This document shows positions 14,807 to 23,944 of a stretch of 50,302 nucleotides of DNA, one piece after another. Position 1 is the first letter of the stretch. The number at the start of each line of letters is the position of its first letter. Source of the DNA: an uncultured Candidatus Saccharibacteria bacterium (GTDB lineage: Bacteria > Patescibacteriota > Minisyncoccia > Phycocordibacterales > SBAW01); the NCBI GenBank assembly GCA_964566795.1, contig CAZMIU010000001.1, positions 280,789 through 331,090 on the forward strand, given 5' to 3'. Under the pieces are notes generated by a model. That model was not told the origin of the DNA, made no database searches, and saw nothing but the letters and a program-made list of their open reading frames with translations. The translations under genes and the position numbers were made by a program.

Positions 14807-16015
14807 TCACAGGTACTCCTCAAGGAACGCTACCACAGAGCCCGGCGGAGTCATCCCCGGGTAGCGTTCGTCGCCAATGATGATGCGGTTGGGCTTCTTA
14901 TAGTACGCGGCCGAGAGGTTAAAGGTATAGACCCCCTTCTCCCCCGTACTGCGCAGCCTGTCTTGCGGCCGCTTGTCGCTCGACCACAAAAAGTCCAGAG
15001 ACTCACTCCCAAAGTGCGGCAGCCGCTCCAGAATATACGGAGCAACGCGCGAGCGTGTCGCCAGGAGGAAGGTCACTTCTGCATCACCCCCGCCGTAGAG
15101 CCCGGCACGCAGGTCGGTCAGCGTGTCGCCGGCGTAAAAGAGCCTCAGATCGCGGGTATGGAGGGCCGCGGCCTTTGCGGTACGGCCCACCAGCCAGTTG
15201 ATCATCCGCTCTTTTTCCGCGCCCCACGGTATCAGGTAGAGCGTGTACCGGCTTTTTGCCGGGTCCACCCGGTTTGGATGGCTCTCATCAACAGTCTTAA
15301 CACGCTGCAGGAGCCGGTTGCCCTGCACAGCCTGATCCTCAAGAATCTGCATGAGCTTTTGCATACGCAAGAGCCCATCCACACCCTCAAAGTTAAACTG
15401 CACACGGTAGCGCAAAGGTGCCACGTCGGTAACACCTTTGTAGTAGTTGGAGCCGTACTCAATCGGCGAGAGATAGTGGTGGAACTCCGGGTACACCTGC
15501 ACCATCGCGGCAAGCACCGCATCGCGCCATCGGTTGGGGCTGCCCTCTTTCATCTCTCCGGCAATGTAGTCGTAATTGAGGAAGGTGTCGTACTCCCAGT
15601 CAGTCATGTAGCCATGGCCGTTTCGCATGATGATGCCGCTGCCAAACCCGGCAGAGACATCACGGTCGAGCGAGTGCTTAAAAAACGGCACCTGCGCCGG
15701 GTCTACATACACATGCAGGCCATGTTTATCCCTGCCCCACCTGGGCGGAGGTTCGCTGTAGCCGTGCGCCTGTACGGAAGCAAGACGCATCTTTTCAGAG
15801 AGCATCAGCCCCAGTGTGCGTGCCGACACACTGCCGGTCGCAACACCTTTTCGTATCTGTAGCTCCTCCGCCCTGCGACGGTCTTCAATCTCCTCCTCAG
15901 AGTCAACCTCGCTGCTGTTTACGGTATTGGTGCCATCCTGGTCGGTCAGCACCATGGTCTTGGTCTCCCTCAACTTCTGTGCTGCTACAGACTTAGCGTA
16001 AGGATCTCCCCGCAT
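14807..16015 (-). CDS. HAD-superfamily hydrolase, subclass IIB (sucrose-phosphate-phosphatase-like)
   Basis: Motif I DQDGT, motif III Lys (PWGAEKERM), motif IV GDTLTD; AGGGG SD; TGA stop. Confidence 0.72.
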   Translation of the reverse strand: MRGDPYAKSVAAQKLRETKTMVLTDQDGTNTVNSSEVDSEEEIEDRRRAEELQIRKGVATGSVSARTLGLMLSEKMRLASVQAHGYSEPPPRWGRDKHGLHVYVDPAQVPFFKHSLDRDVSAGFGSGIIMRNGHGYMTDWEYDTFLNYDYIAGEMKEGSPNRWRDAVLAAMVQVYPEFHHYLSPIEYGSNYYKGVTDVAPLRYRVQFNFEGVDGLLRMQKLMQILEDQAVQGNRLLQRVKTVDESHPNRVDPAKSRYTLYLIPWGAEKERMINWLVGRTAKAAALHTRDLRLFYAGDTLTDLRAGLYGGGDAEVTFLLATRSRVAPYILERLPHFGSESLDFLWSSDKRPQDRLRSTGEKGVYTFNLSAAYYKKPNRIIIGDERYPGMTPPGSVVAFLEEYL

Positions 16016-16160
16016 ATCCTGCCCCTTTTCTAAAGAACGTCCGGCACACCGCGCACCGTCCCACGCATGAGGCTACAGCAGATATCCTGATGCCTACATG
16101 AAGCCGACACACGTTGCACCAGAGGATTGAAATATAGGGTTTTTGTGGTACTCTTTTGCC

Positions 16161-17291
16161 ATGAAAGTGCTCGCCATAGAGACCTCCTGCGACGAAACAG
16201 GCATCGCACTCCTTGAGGGCCGCCACAGTGGCGAGACAATGGAGTTTGTGACACTCAAGGCCGAGCTCCTGAGCCAGGCCAAACTCCACGCCCCGTTTGG
16301 AGGCGTCTTCCCCGCGCTCGCCAAGCGCGAGCACACCAAAAACTTGCCGGTGTTGTTTGAGCCGTTTAAAGATGACCAGTTTGACGCCGTAGTTGTGACA
16401 GCCGGACCCGGACTCGAGCCTGCGCTCTGGACAGGCATCGAGTTTGCCAAACAGGTCGCGAGCGAGCGCGGCGTGCCGGTGCTGCCGGTAAACCACATGG
16501 AGGGGCACATTATCTCCTCTCTTGCAGAACGACACCCTGACAAACTTGAGAATGTCGGGATGTCAGTAATTAAAGACGTGCAGTTTCCGGTGCTTGCTCT
16601 GCTAATTTCTGGCGGGCACACGGAGTTAGTACTTACGAAGGATTGGTTTGAGTACGAGATGCTCGGCCGCACGCTCGACGACGCCGTGGGCGAGGCGTTT
16701 GACAAAGTGGCGAGGATGCTCGAGTTGCCCTACCCCGGCGGCCCGGAGATTTCCAAACTTGCATCAAAAAGCCGGGCAGAAAAAGCTACGGGCAAAAGTC
16801 TGGCCGAATCAAATGAGGAGACCCGAGGACTTTTGAACGGAGGTTTTTCTGCCCGGCTCCCGCGCCCCATGCTCAATACCAACTCGTGTGACATGTCTTT
16901 TTCCGGTTTAAAAACAGCTGCACTGTACGCACTAAAAGACAAAAATCTGGCTGCAGAGGAAAAAGCTGCGTTTGCCGCGGAGTTTGAGGATGCCGTGGCC
17001 GAGGTGTTGTGTGCCAAGGTGCGCCGCGCCCTTAATGAAAGCGGCGCCAAGACATTTGTCATTGGCGGCGGTGTGGCGGCCAACCGCTACATCCGCGAGG
17101 AGCTGCAAAAGATAATTCTCGAGGAGTTCTCCGATGTCGAGTTCAGGCTCCCCCACCTCTCCATCACCGGCGACAACGCAGTCATGATAGGCGAGGCCGC
17201 GCTCGCCCGCCTCCTCTTGGGGCACCAGACCCTCGATTCCGCAAGGTTCGACCTTGCGGTAGAGGCCCGCGGCAACCTTTCTTTGGCTTAA
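16161..17291 (+). CDS. tsaD: tRNA N6-threonylcarbamoyladenosine transferase TsaD carrying an in-frame palindromic insertion
   Basis: IETSCDET, HMEGH, SGGHT, DDAVGEAFDK, SFSGLKT, TGDNAVMIG. Confidence 0.96.
   Translation: MKVLAIETSCDETGIALLEGRHSGETMEFVTLKAELLSQAKLHAPFGGVFPALAKREHTKNLPVLFEPFKDDQFDAVVVTAGPGLEPALWTGIEFAKQVASERGVPVLPVNHMEGHIISSLAERHPDKLENVGMSVIKDVQFPVLALLISGGHTELVLTKDWFEYEMLGRTLDDAVGEAFDKVARMLELPYPGGPEISKLASKSRAEKATGKSLAESNEETRGLLNGGFSARLPRPMLNTNSCDMSFSGLKTAALYALKDKNLAAEEKAAFAAEFEDAVAEVLCAKVRRALNESGAKTFVIGGGVAANRYIREELQKIILEEFSDVEFRLPHLSITGDNAVMIGEAALARLLLGHQTLDSARFDLAVEARGNLSLA
16770..16858 (+). repeat. Palindromic element family 1, copy B (in-frame in tsaD)
   Basis: 18-nt arms AGCCGGGCAGAAAAAGCT and AGGTTTTTCTGCCCGGCT; core AGTCTGGCC (16797-16805) and GGAGACCCGAGGACT (16817-16831). 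Confidence 0.9.
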
Positions 17292-17314
17292 AAATCGTTG
17301 TAGAGTAAGGCCAC

Positions 17315-19381
17315 ATGGCAGTCCCGGACAAGTTTTTAAAACCCTACGACCCCAAGGCAACAGAGGCCTCTATATATAAGGAGTGGGAGGAGTCCGGCTA
17401 CTTTAACCCAGACAATCTCCCCAAGATAGACGGCAGGGAGCGCACCGAGCCCTTTACCATTATCATGCCGCCGCCCAACGCCAACGGCTCCCTCCACGCC
17501 GGGCATGCATTGTTTGTAACACTCGAGGACATCATGACCCGCTTTAACCGCATGCGCGGCAAAAAGGCGCTCTGGCTCCCCGGCGCCGACCACGCCGGCT
17601 TTGAGACCCAGGTCGTGTACGAGAAAAAGCTCGAGAAGGAGGACCGCTCGCGCTTTGACATGGCCCCCGAGGATCTCTACCGCGAGATCATGGACTTTAC
17701 GCTCCACAACAAGTCATTTATGGAGGGTCAGTTGCGCCAGCTCGGAGCATCGTGCGACTGGTCTCGCGAGATGTTTACGCTCGATAAGCGCGTTATCTCC
17801 ACCGTGTACGACACCTTCCTCAAACTCAACGAAGACGGCCTCCTCTACCGCGGCAGCCGCATCGTCAACTGGTGCCCCAAGCACCAAACCTCTTTGTCCA
17901 ACCTCGAAACAGACCGCGAGCCGCGCACAGACAAGTTTTACTACCTCAAGTACGGGCCCTTTACTATCGCAACAGCCCGCCCCGAGACCAAGTTTGGAGA
18001 CAAGTATGTGGTGATGCACCCGGACGATAGCCGCTACGCCGAGTTTAAAGACGGCCAGCAGATTGAGCTTGAGTGGATAAACGGCCCCATCACCGCCACG
18101 GTTATTAAAGACGAGGCAATAGACATGGAACTCGGCACCGGCGTTATGACGATTACGCCGTGGCACGATCCCACCGACTTCGACATCGCCCAGCGCCACA
18201 AGCTCTCCTTTGAGCAGATTATCGACTGGCGCGGCAAGCTACTGCCTATCGCGGGCGAATTTGCCGGGATGAACATAAAGGAGGCCCGCGGCAAAATTTT
18301 AGAAAAGCTCGAGAGTAAGGGCTTGGTAGACAAAGTAGACGACTCATACACCCACGAGGTGCCAGTGTGCTACAAGTGCGGCCGCGAGATCGAGCCGCAG
18401 GTCAAGGAGCAGTGGTTTATCAAAATGCAGCCCCTGGCACAAAAAGCCATAGAGGCTGTCAAAGCACGCCGCGTGCATGTCCTCACCGAGAACCACGAAA
18501 AGATCCTTCTGCATTGGCTCGAAAACATCCAGGACTGGAACGTCTCGCGCCAGATTGTGTGGGGCATCCCTATCCCCGCCTGGCAAAAAGACGGACAATG
18601 GAAGATATCTGTAGAGTCTCCGGGCGAGGGCTGGGTTAAAGACACCGACACTTTTGACACCTGGTTTAGCTCTGGGCAGTGGCCGTTTGCAACTCTGGGC
18701 TACCCGGACGCACAGGATTTTAAAACCTTCTACCCCACCAATGTTATGGAGACGGGCTCAGACCTTATCTTCTTCTGGGTGGCGCGCATGATAATGCTCG
18801 GGCTCTACCGCACGGGCGAGGTGCCGTTTACATACGTATACATGCACGGGCTTGTGCGCGACGCCAAGGGTATGAAGATGAGCAAGTCCAAGGGCAACGT
18901 GATATCGCCGCTCGAGGTATCTGACCAGTACGGCACAGACGCGCTGCGCATGGGCCTTGTGGTGGGCAACACGCCGGGCACAGACCTTAACCTCGACCCC
19001 AAAAAGATCGAGGCCTACAAGAAGTTTGCCAACAAGCTCTGGAACATTGCACGCTTTGTGTTGGCCAGCGAGAATACCGGCGAGATACTACCGGCACTTA
19101 AGGCCGAGTTTGATGAAATGGCTGCAGACGTGACCCTCGACATAGACAACTTCCGGATACATCTGGCCGCAGAAAAGCTCTACCACTACCTGTGGGGCCG
19201 CTTCGCTGCAGAAATTATAGAGGAGAGCAAGGGTAGCCCCAAGTATGGCGCAACCCTGTACTACATCCTGGAGAACTCGCTCAGGCTCCTGCACCCGTTT
19301 ATGCCGTTTGTCACCGAGGAGATCTGGAAAGACATGCCCGGCAAAAAAGATTTGTTGATGGTCGAGCAGTGGCCCTCGTAG
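17315..19381 (+). CDS. valS: Valyl-tRNA synthetase (short, no C-terminal coiled coil)
   Basis: PPPNANGSLHAGHA (HIGH), DWNVSRQ, DTWFSS, KMSKSKGN. Confidence 0.96.
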   Translation: MAVPDKFLKPYDPKATEASIYKEWEESGYFNPDNLPKIDGRERTEPFTIIMPPPNANGSLHAGHALFVTLEDIMTRFNRMRGKKALWLPGADHAGFETQVVYEKKLEKEDRSRFDMAPEDLYREIMDFTLHNKSFMEGQLRQLGASCDWSREMFTLDKRVISTVYDTFLKLNEDGLLYRGSRIVNWCPKHQTSLSNLETDREPRTDKFYYLKYGPFTIATARPETKFGDKYVVMHPDDSRYAEFKDGQQIELEWINGPITATVIKDEAIDMELGTGVMTITPWHDPTDFDIAQRHKLSFEQIIDWRGKLLPIAGEFAGMNIKEARGKILEKLESKGLVDKVDDSYTHEVPVCYKCGREIEPQVKEQWFIKMQPLAQKAIEAVKARRVHVLTENHEKILLHWLENIQDWNVSRQIVWGIPIPAWQKDGQWKISVESPGEGWVKDTDTFDTWFSSGQWPFATLGYPDAQDFKTFYPTNVMETGSDLIFFWVARMIMLGLYRTGEVPFTYVYMHGLVRDAKGMKMSKSKGNVISPLEVSDQYGTDALRMGLVVGNTPGTDLNLDPKKIEAYKKFANKLWNIARFVLASENTGEILPALKAEFDEMAADVTLDIDNFRIHLAAEKLYHYLWGRFAAEIIEESKGSPKYGATLYYILENSLRLLHPFMPFVTEEIWKDMPGKKDLLMVEQWPS

Positions 19382-19400
19382 CGCAGGGTATACTTGATTC

Positions 19401-20084
19401 ATGTCAGTGGCTCTTTTGGCGGCTGTAGTGGGAGGTATTTTGCCGGCACTGTTGTGGCTTGTGTTTTGGCTCATGGAGGACCGCTGCGACCCCGAGCCCA
19501 AGCGCTACATCTTTTTTTGCTTTATTGCCGGCATGATAGCCGTGCCCTTGGTGCTCCCGCTTGAGCGAGCCGCGTCATCGTACATAAGCGGCGCTCATCT
19601 GCTGTTAGCATGGGCGGCGCTTGAGGAGTGTTTCAAGTTTGGCGCCGCATACCTGGCAGCGCTGCGCTTTAGGGTGTTTGATGAGCCGCTTGATGGCGTC
19701 ATATATCTGGTTACTGCGGCGCTTGGCTTCTCGGCGCTTGAGAACGTGTTCTTTCTTGTCACGCCGGCACTCGACGGGGACCTCTTGCGCACCATCGTGA
19801 CCGGCAACTTGCGCTTTATTGGCGCCTCGCTCCTGCACACGCTCTCGTCTGCCACTATCGGCATTGCGCTTGCGCTAGCCTTCTACAAGAGTGCGCGCTG
19901 GCGCCGCCTTGCAGCGCTCATCGGAGTTATCCTTGCTATCGCGTTGCATACTATGTTTAATTTTTTTATACTTACAAGCGGCAGCGGATCAACCTTCCTG
20001 GTGTTCCTCGCTATCTGGATTGGCATCGTTGCGCTCTTATTTGCGATAGAGCAGGTTAAGCAGCCGGCACGAGACTATTGTTAA
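19401..20084 (+). CDS. prsW: PrsW-family intramembrane metalloprotease
   Basis: ALEECFK, ALGFSALEN, LLH, LHTMFN; multiple TM helices. Confidence 0.88.
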   Translation: MSVALLAAVVGGILPALLWLVFWLMEDRCDPEPKRYIFFCFIAGMIAVPLVLPLERAASSYISGAHLLLAWAALEECFKFGAAYLAALRFRVFDEPLDGVIYLVTAALGFSALENVFFLVTPALDGDLLRTIVTGNLRFIGASLLHTLSSATIGIALALAFYKSARWRRLAALIGVILAIALHTMFNFFILTSGSGSTFLVFLAIWIGIVALLFAIEQVKQPARDYC

Positions 20085-20102
20085 CGCTATAATGTAAACT
20101 AC

Positions 20103-20627
20103 ATGGCACGAGACAGGCGATCATTGTTTGAGTGGCTCACCGGGAGCCAGGGCGAGGCAGACTACTCTTTTGACGAGCTTGAGCAGGGTGGTGCCTCTTA
20201 CGCTGCACCGGCTCCGGCCCGCTCCAAGCATGTGCCTATCGCTCACCCATCACGCAACGCAGAACCCGCACCTCTGGCCGAAGAGGTCGAGGAGCCGGCA
20301 GGAGAGCTTGCGGTAGACGTCTACCAGACCCCCACGCATATTGTGATAAAGGCCATGATAGCCGGCGTTAAGCCCGACGACCTCGATGTCTCTATCACGC
20401 GCGACATGGTAACCATACGCGGCAAGCGCGAGAGGCATACCGAGGGCACCGCGGGCGACTTCTTCTTTCAGGAGTTGTATTGGGGCGCGTTTAGCCGCAC
20501 TATAGTGCTGCCCCAGGAGGTGGAGATAGAGGAGGCCGAGGCCTCTGAGAAGCACGGGCTCCTTATAGTGCGCCTGCCCAAGCTCGACAAGGGCCGCCAA
20601 GCAAAGCTCAAAGTTAAGTCCAACTAA
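20103..20627 (+). CDS. Hsp20 / alpha-crystallin small heat-shock protein
   Basis: VDVYQT...AGVKPDDLDVSI...WGAFSRTIVLP...GLLIVRLPK. Confidence 0.93.
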   Translation: MARDRRSLFEWLTGSQGEADYSFDELEQGGASYAAPAPARSKHVPIAHPSRNAEPAPLAEEVEEPAGELAVDVYQTPTHIVIKAMIAGVKPDDLDVSITRDMVTIRGKRERHTEGTAGDFFFQELYWGAFSRTIVLPQEVEIEEAEASEKHGLLIVRLPKLDKGRQAKLKVKSN

Positions 20628-20652
20628 AAAATCCCCTTCGGGGGATTTTTTA
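20625..20652. terminator. Bidirectional terminator
   Basis: TAAAAAATCCCC-TTCG-GGGGATTTTTTA. Confidence 0.85.
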
Positions 20653-20661
20653 GTATTGATG

Positions 20662-20734
20662 TGCTTGGGGCCAGGATCGAACTGGCGACATCTTCCTCTT
20701 CAGGGAAGCGCTCTACCAACTGAGCTACCCAAGC
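20662..20734 (-). tRNA. tRNA-Phe(GAA)
   Basis: CTTCC-CT-GAA-GA-GGAAG anticodon arm and standard D and T arms. Confidence 0.95.
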
Positions 20735-20774
20735 GATGAGGTCAGTTTAGCAAAATATGAGCTTTTAAGCCACC

Positions 20775-21068
20775 CTACCGCGGCGCAGTGCTCGAGCCAA
20801 AATACTGCCCAAAAAAGCCCTGCACCTGGCCCTGGAAGTCCTGCGCCGAGCCGTACACAGCTATAATCTGCTCTACATAGGGCTGCACGTAGTTAAAGTA
20901 CGTGTACACCGACACGCCTACCACGAGCGCCCACCACAACAGCGTAAAAAACGTATGCACGCGCTGGCTGCGGCGCAGGCTGTGCACCACGCGGTTGGTG
21001 TCCGCGTTGAGCTGCGCCTGGCGCTTAACAAGCTCCTTGAGCTCGTCCATATCAAGGTCGTTTTCCAT
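20775..21068 (-). CDS. Hypothetical single-TM protein
   Basis: TACAAT-N6-ATG start; coiled N-terminus plus TM helix. Confidence 0.78.
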   Translation of the reverse strand: MENDLDMDELKELVKRQAQLNADTNRVVHSLRRSQRVHTFFTLLWWALVVGVSVYTYFNYVQPYVEQIIAVYGSAQDFQGQVQGFFGQYFGSSTAPR

Positions 21069-21106
21069 ACCTTAATTGTACCATCGGTCACACGCCGGCT
21101 TTTCTC

Positions 21107-21178
21107 TGCCCCCACCAGGAATCGAACCCAGATCTTTTCCTTAGGACGGAATTGCTCTATCCATTGAGCTATGGGGGC
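21107..21178 (-). tRNA. tRNA-Arg(CCT)
   Basis: GCCCCCA acceptor; anticodon loop GT-CCT-AA; GGTTCGATTCC. Confidence 0.9.
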
Positions 21179-21235
21179 TAATGAAAACGACCCCAAAGGG
21201 ATCGCTTTGAGTATGCTATAAATTGTCCTTCTAGA

Positions 21236-21478
21236 CTAGGCCTCGATCCCGAGCTTTGCCGCTATCTTAGCGCGGTCAAAGCCCACCATCATCTCATCAC
21301 CAATGACGATGACAGGGACGCCGAGCTGCCCCGTAAGTTCTATCATCTCTGCCCTCTTTGCGGCGTCTGTCGAGACGTCGTAGCCTGTGTACTCTACCCC
21401 CTTCTCGGCAAAAAAGTCTTTGGCCATCTGGCAGAAGTGGCAGGTCGGAGTGCTGTATATGGTCACTGGTTTTTGCAT
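21236..21478 (-). CDS. Glutaredoxin family protein (YruB/NrdH-like)
   Basis: CHFC active site, GVPVI, VGFD. Confidence 0.93.
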   Translation of the reverse strand: MQKPVTIYSTPTCHFCQMAKDFFAEKGVEYTGYDVSTDAAKRAEMIELTGQLGVPVIVIGDEMMVGFDRAKIAAKLGIEA

Positions 21479-21515
21479 AGGTTCTCTTTTATTGGTAGAT
21501 TTCTGTAAGTATATC

Positions 21516-21589
21516 GCGGGATTAGTTTAGTGGCAAAACATGTGCTTCCCAAGCATAGGACGCGAGTTCGATTCTCGCATCCCGCACCA
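21516..21589 (+). tRNA. tRNA-Gly(CCC)
   Basis: TGTGC-TT-CCC-AA-GCATA; encoded CCA. Confidence 0.95.
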
Positions 21590-21982
21590 CTACCAGACAA
21601 AGAGAGCCCTGAATATCTTAACAAATATGTTGGGTTCCTCGGCCACGGGGCTGCTCGAGGCAACCTCGCGCCGTATGATATCTATCTGCCCCTCGCCCGG
21701 CCGGGCCACGCCAAACCGCTCCCTAACCCCCGCCTCAACTCCCCTATCGCTCACCAGAGCCTGTGCCGAGGCACCGACCTGTTCATATTGCTTCTTAAGC
21801 GTCTCGAGCTCTACCTGCGCAGCCGCATCCGCCTCGCTCGCGGCCACAAACTTGGTATACATGCCCCAGGCGCCTTTGGCCGCGTATACTGCCACAAACA
21901 ATAGAGCCACAACGCCGATGGCCCCCACGGCGGCGCGCATGGCGTCCTGCTTGCTTGCCCTGTGGCGCCTAAAGTCTTTCAT
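21590..21982 (-). CDS. Septum formation initiator family (FtsB/DivIC-like)
   Basis: Basic N-terminus, TM helix, coiled coil, GVEAGVRERFGVARPGE. Confidence 0.78.
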   Translation of the reverse strand: MKDFRRHRASKQDAMRAAVGAIGVVALLFVAVYAAKGAWGMYTKFVAASEADAAAQVELETLKKQYEQVGASAQALVSDRGVEAGVRERFGVARPGEGQIDIIRREVASSSPVAEEPNIFVKIFRALFVW

Positions 21983-22020
21983 CTCTTTATTGTACCCACA
22001 AAATGGGCTAGAATGGGCCC

Positions 22021-22125
22021 ATGTACGGAAAGCATCACAGCAAACTTGTCAAAGTAGGCAGCTACATACTCGGCGTCGTCGTTATCACCTCGATGATCGT
22101 GGCCTTCTTTGCGGGCACTATCTAG
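22021..22125 (+). CDS. Small 34-aa single-pass membrane protein (below the ORF-track cutoff)
   Basis: MYGKHHSKLVKVGSYILGVVVITSMIVAFFAGTI; TAGAAT (22009-22014) exactly 6 nt before ATG; fills the gap between ftsB-like and lepA. Confidence 0.68.
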   Translation: MYGKHHSKLVKVGSYILGVVVITSMIVAFFAGTI

Positions 22126-22129
22126 GGCA

Positions 22130-23902
22130 CTAGTCCGACCTGACCATCTTCATAAAGACATCCTCTGGGATGTTTACTTTGCCGCGCTCCTTCATCTTGG
22201 ACTTGCCCTTCTTTTGCTTTTCGCGCAGCTTCATTTTGCGGGTAATATCGCCGCCATACATGTGCTGGGTTACGTCCTTGCTCAGCGCCGAGAGGGTCTT
22301 GGAGGAGAGTATGCGGCCCGTGGCAACCCCCTGTATCTTGGTGACAAACATCTGGCGCGGCAAAATTTTGTGCAGCTTCTCTACAGCCGCCACAGCCTCC
22401 TCATACGCGCGGTGCGTTGCGACAATGCGCGTAAACGCGGGTACAGCCTCGTCTGCAACAACAAGGTCTAGGCGCGTCACCTCTGCAGGCCTCAGCTCGC
22501 CAATCTCATAGGATATGGATGCATAGCCGGAGGTTGCCGACTTAACCTTGTCAAAAAAGTTGCGCATCAGCTCGCGCAGTGGCATAGACACCTTAAGCAT
22601 CATGCGCTCTTCTGAAAAGCGGTCGGTCGAGAGCGTGGTAGCCTCGTGCTCGTACAACAGGGGCAGCATGGCGCCCAGGTACTCCGAGGGCACCAATATT
22701 TCTGCCTCTACGTACGGCTCCCAGACCTTGGCAACCTCGCCATAATCCGGAAACAGCGGCGGCGAGTATACGGTCACACGTTTGCCCGACTTGGTCTCTA
22801 CCTCGTAGGTAATAGTAGGGGTTGTGACAATAAGCGATATGTTAGACTCTCGGCGCAGGCGCTCGGTAATAATCTCCAGGTGTAGCATGCCCAAGAGCCC
22901 GCACCGGAAGCCGCGGCCAAGCACGCCAGAGGACTCCTCCTCGTATGACAAAGACGAGTCTGAGAGGCGCAGACGCCCCAGAGCCTGGCGAAGCGCGGTA
23001 AAGTCGTCCTGGCTCTCAGGGTAGACAGAGGCCCACACCACCGGCTTGGGCTCGGCATAACCCGAGAGCGGGTGGGTTTTAGATTGGCGTGCGCGCACCG
23101 TATCGCCCACACGCGCAAAGCCCGACTCCTTAATGCCGGTTACCACATAGCCAATCTCGCCCGCGCTTAGTTTGCCGGTCACTTTAGGCTTAGGCGCAAA
23201 CACCCCCACCTCGAGCGCCTGAAAGTTCTTCCCTCCCGCAATAAACTCCAACGCATCGCCTTTATGTATCGCTCCTTCAAACATGCGCAAGAACACAATA
23301 ACGCCCTGATGGTCCGAGTACTGAAAGTCAAAGATGAGGGACTGCGGCTCGGCACTGCCAGCTGCTTTAGGAGGCGGTACACGCTCTATCACGCGTTCAA
23401 GCAAAGCCTCTACGCCCTCGCCTGTTTTACCCGAACACAAAAGAATTTCGTCACGCGAGACACCCAGCAGTTTTTCCACCTGCTCCATCACGTCTTCCAC
23501 GCGTGCCAGAGGCGAGTCTACCTTAGAGAGCGCGGGCACTATTGCCAAGCCTAGCTGCTGGGCGGAGCGCAACACCGTAAGCGTCTGCGCCTGCACGCCC
23601 TGGGTTGCGTCTACAAGCAATATGGCGCCCTCGACGGCGGTGAGTGCCCGCGACACCTCGTAGCTAAAGTCGATGTGCCCGGGGGTGTCTATAAGGTTAA
23701 GTACAAAGCCTTTGTACTCCATGCGCACCGGCTGCATTTTAATGGTGATGCCGCGCTCGCGCTCGAGGTCCATGGAGTCCAGCACCTGCTCGCGCATGAG
23801 CCTGGGCTCGATAGTTTTTGTCACCTCCAAAAAGCGGTCGGCAAGTGTCGACTTGCCGTGGTCGATGTGGGCGATGATGGAGAAGTTGCGTATATGCTTC
23901 AC
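22130..23902 (-). CDS. lepA: Elongation factor 4
   Basis: AHIDHGKSTLADR, RERGITIK, DTPGHIDF, C-terminal YGGDITRKMKL. Confidence 0.97.
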   Translation of the reverse strand: MKHIRNFSIIAHIDHGKSTLADRFLEVTKTIEPRLMREQVLDSMDLERERGITIKMQPVRMEYKGFVLNLIDTPGHIDFSYEVSRALTAVEGAILLVDATQGVQAQTLTVLRSAQQLGLAIVPALSKVDSPLARVEDVMEQVEKLLGVSRDEILLCSGKTGEGVEALLERVIERVPPPKAAGSAEPQSLIFDFQYSDHQGVIVFLRMFEGAIHKGDALEFIAGGKNFQALEVGVFAPKPKVTGKLSAGEIGYVVTGIKESGFARVGDTVRARQSKTHPLSGYAEPKPVVWASVYPESQDDFTALRQALGRLRLSDSSLSYEEESSGVLGRGFRCGLLGMLHLEIITERLRRESNISLIVTTPTITYEVETKSGKRVTVYSPPLFPDYGEVAKVWEPYVEAEILVPSEYLGAMLPLLYEHEATTLSTDRFSEERMMLKVSMPLRELMRNFFDKVKSATSGYASISYEIGELRPAEVTRLDLVVADEAVPAFTRIVATHRAYEEAVAAVEKLHKILPRQMFVTKIQGVATGRILSSKTLSALSKDVTQHMYGGDITRKMKLREKQKKGKSKMKERGKVNIPEDVFMKMVRSD

Positions 23903-23944
23903 GAGTGAGAATGTAGCATTTTTAAGCCCTAAAAACTAGGGCTT

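Noticed and set aside
14807-14809. Genetic code 25 (TGA = Gly), suggested by the scarcity of TGA stops
   Set aside because: Conserved genes are full length under code 11 with no internal TGA, and the HAD gene's TGA is followed directly by its terminator.
17315-19381. Short ValRS as a pseudogene
   Set aside because: HIGH, KMSKS and the anticodon-binding helices are intact with a clean stop; loss of the terminal coiled coil is compatible with genome reduction.
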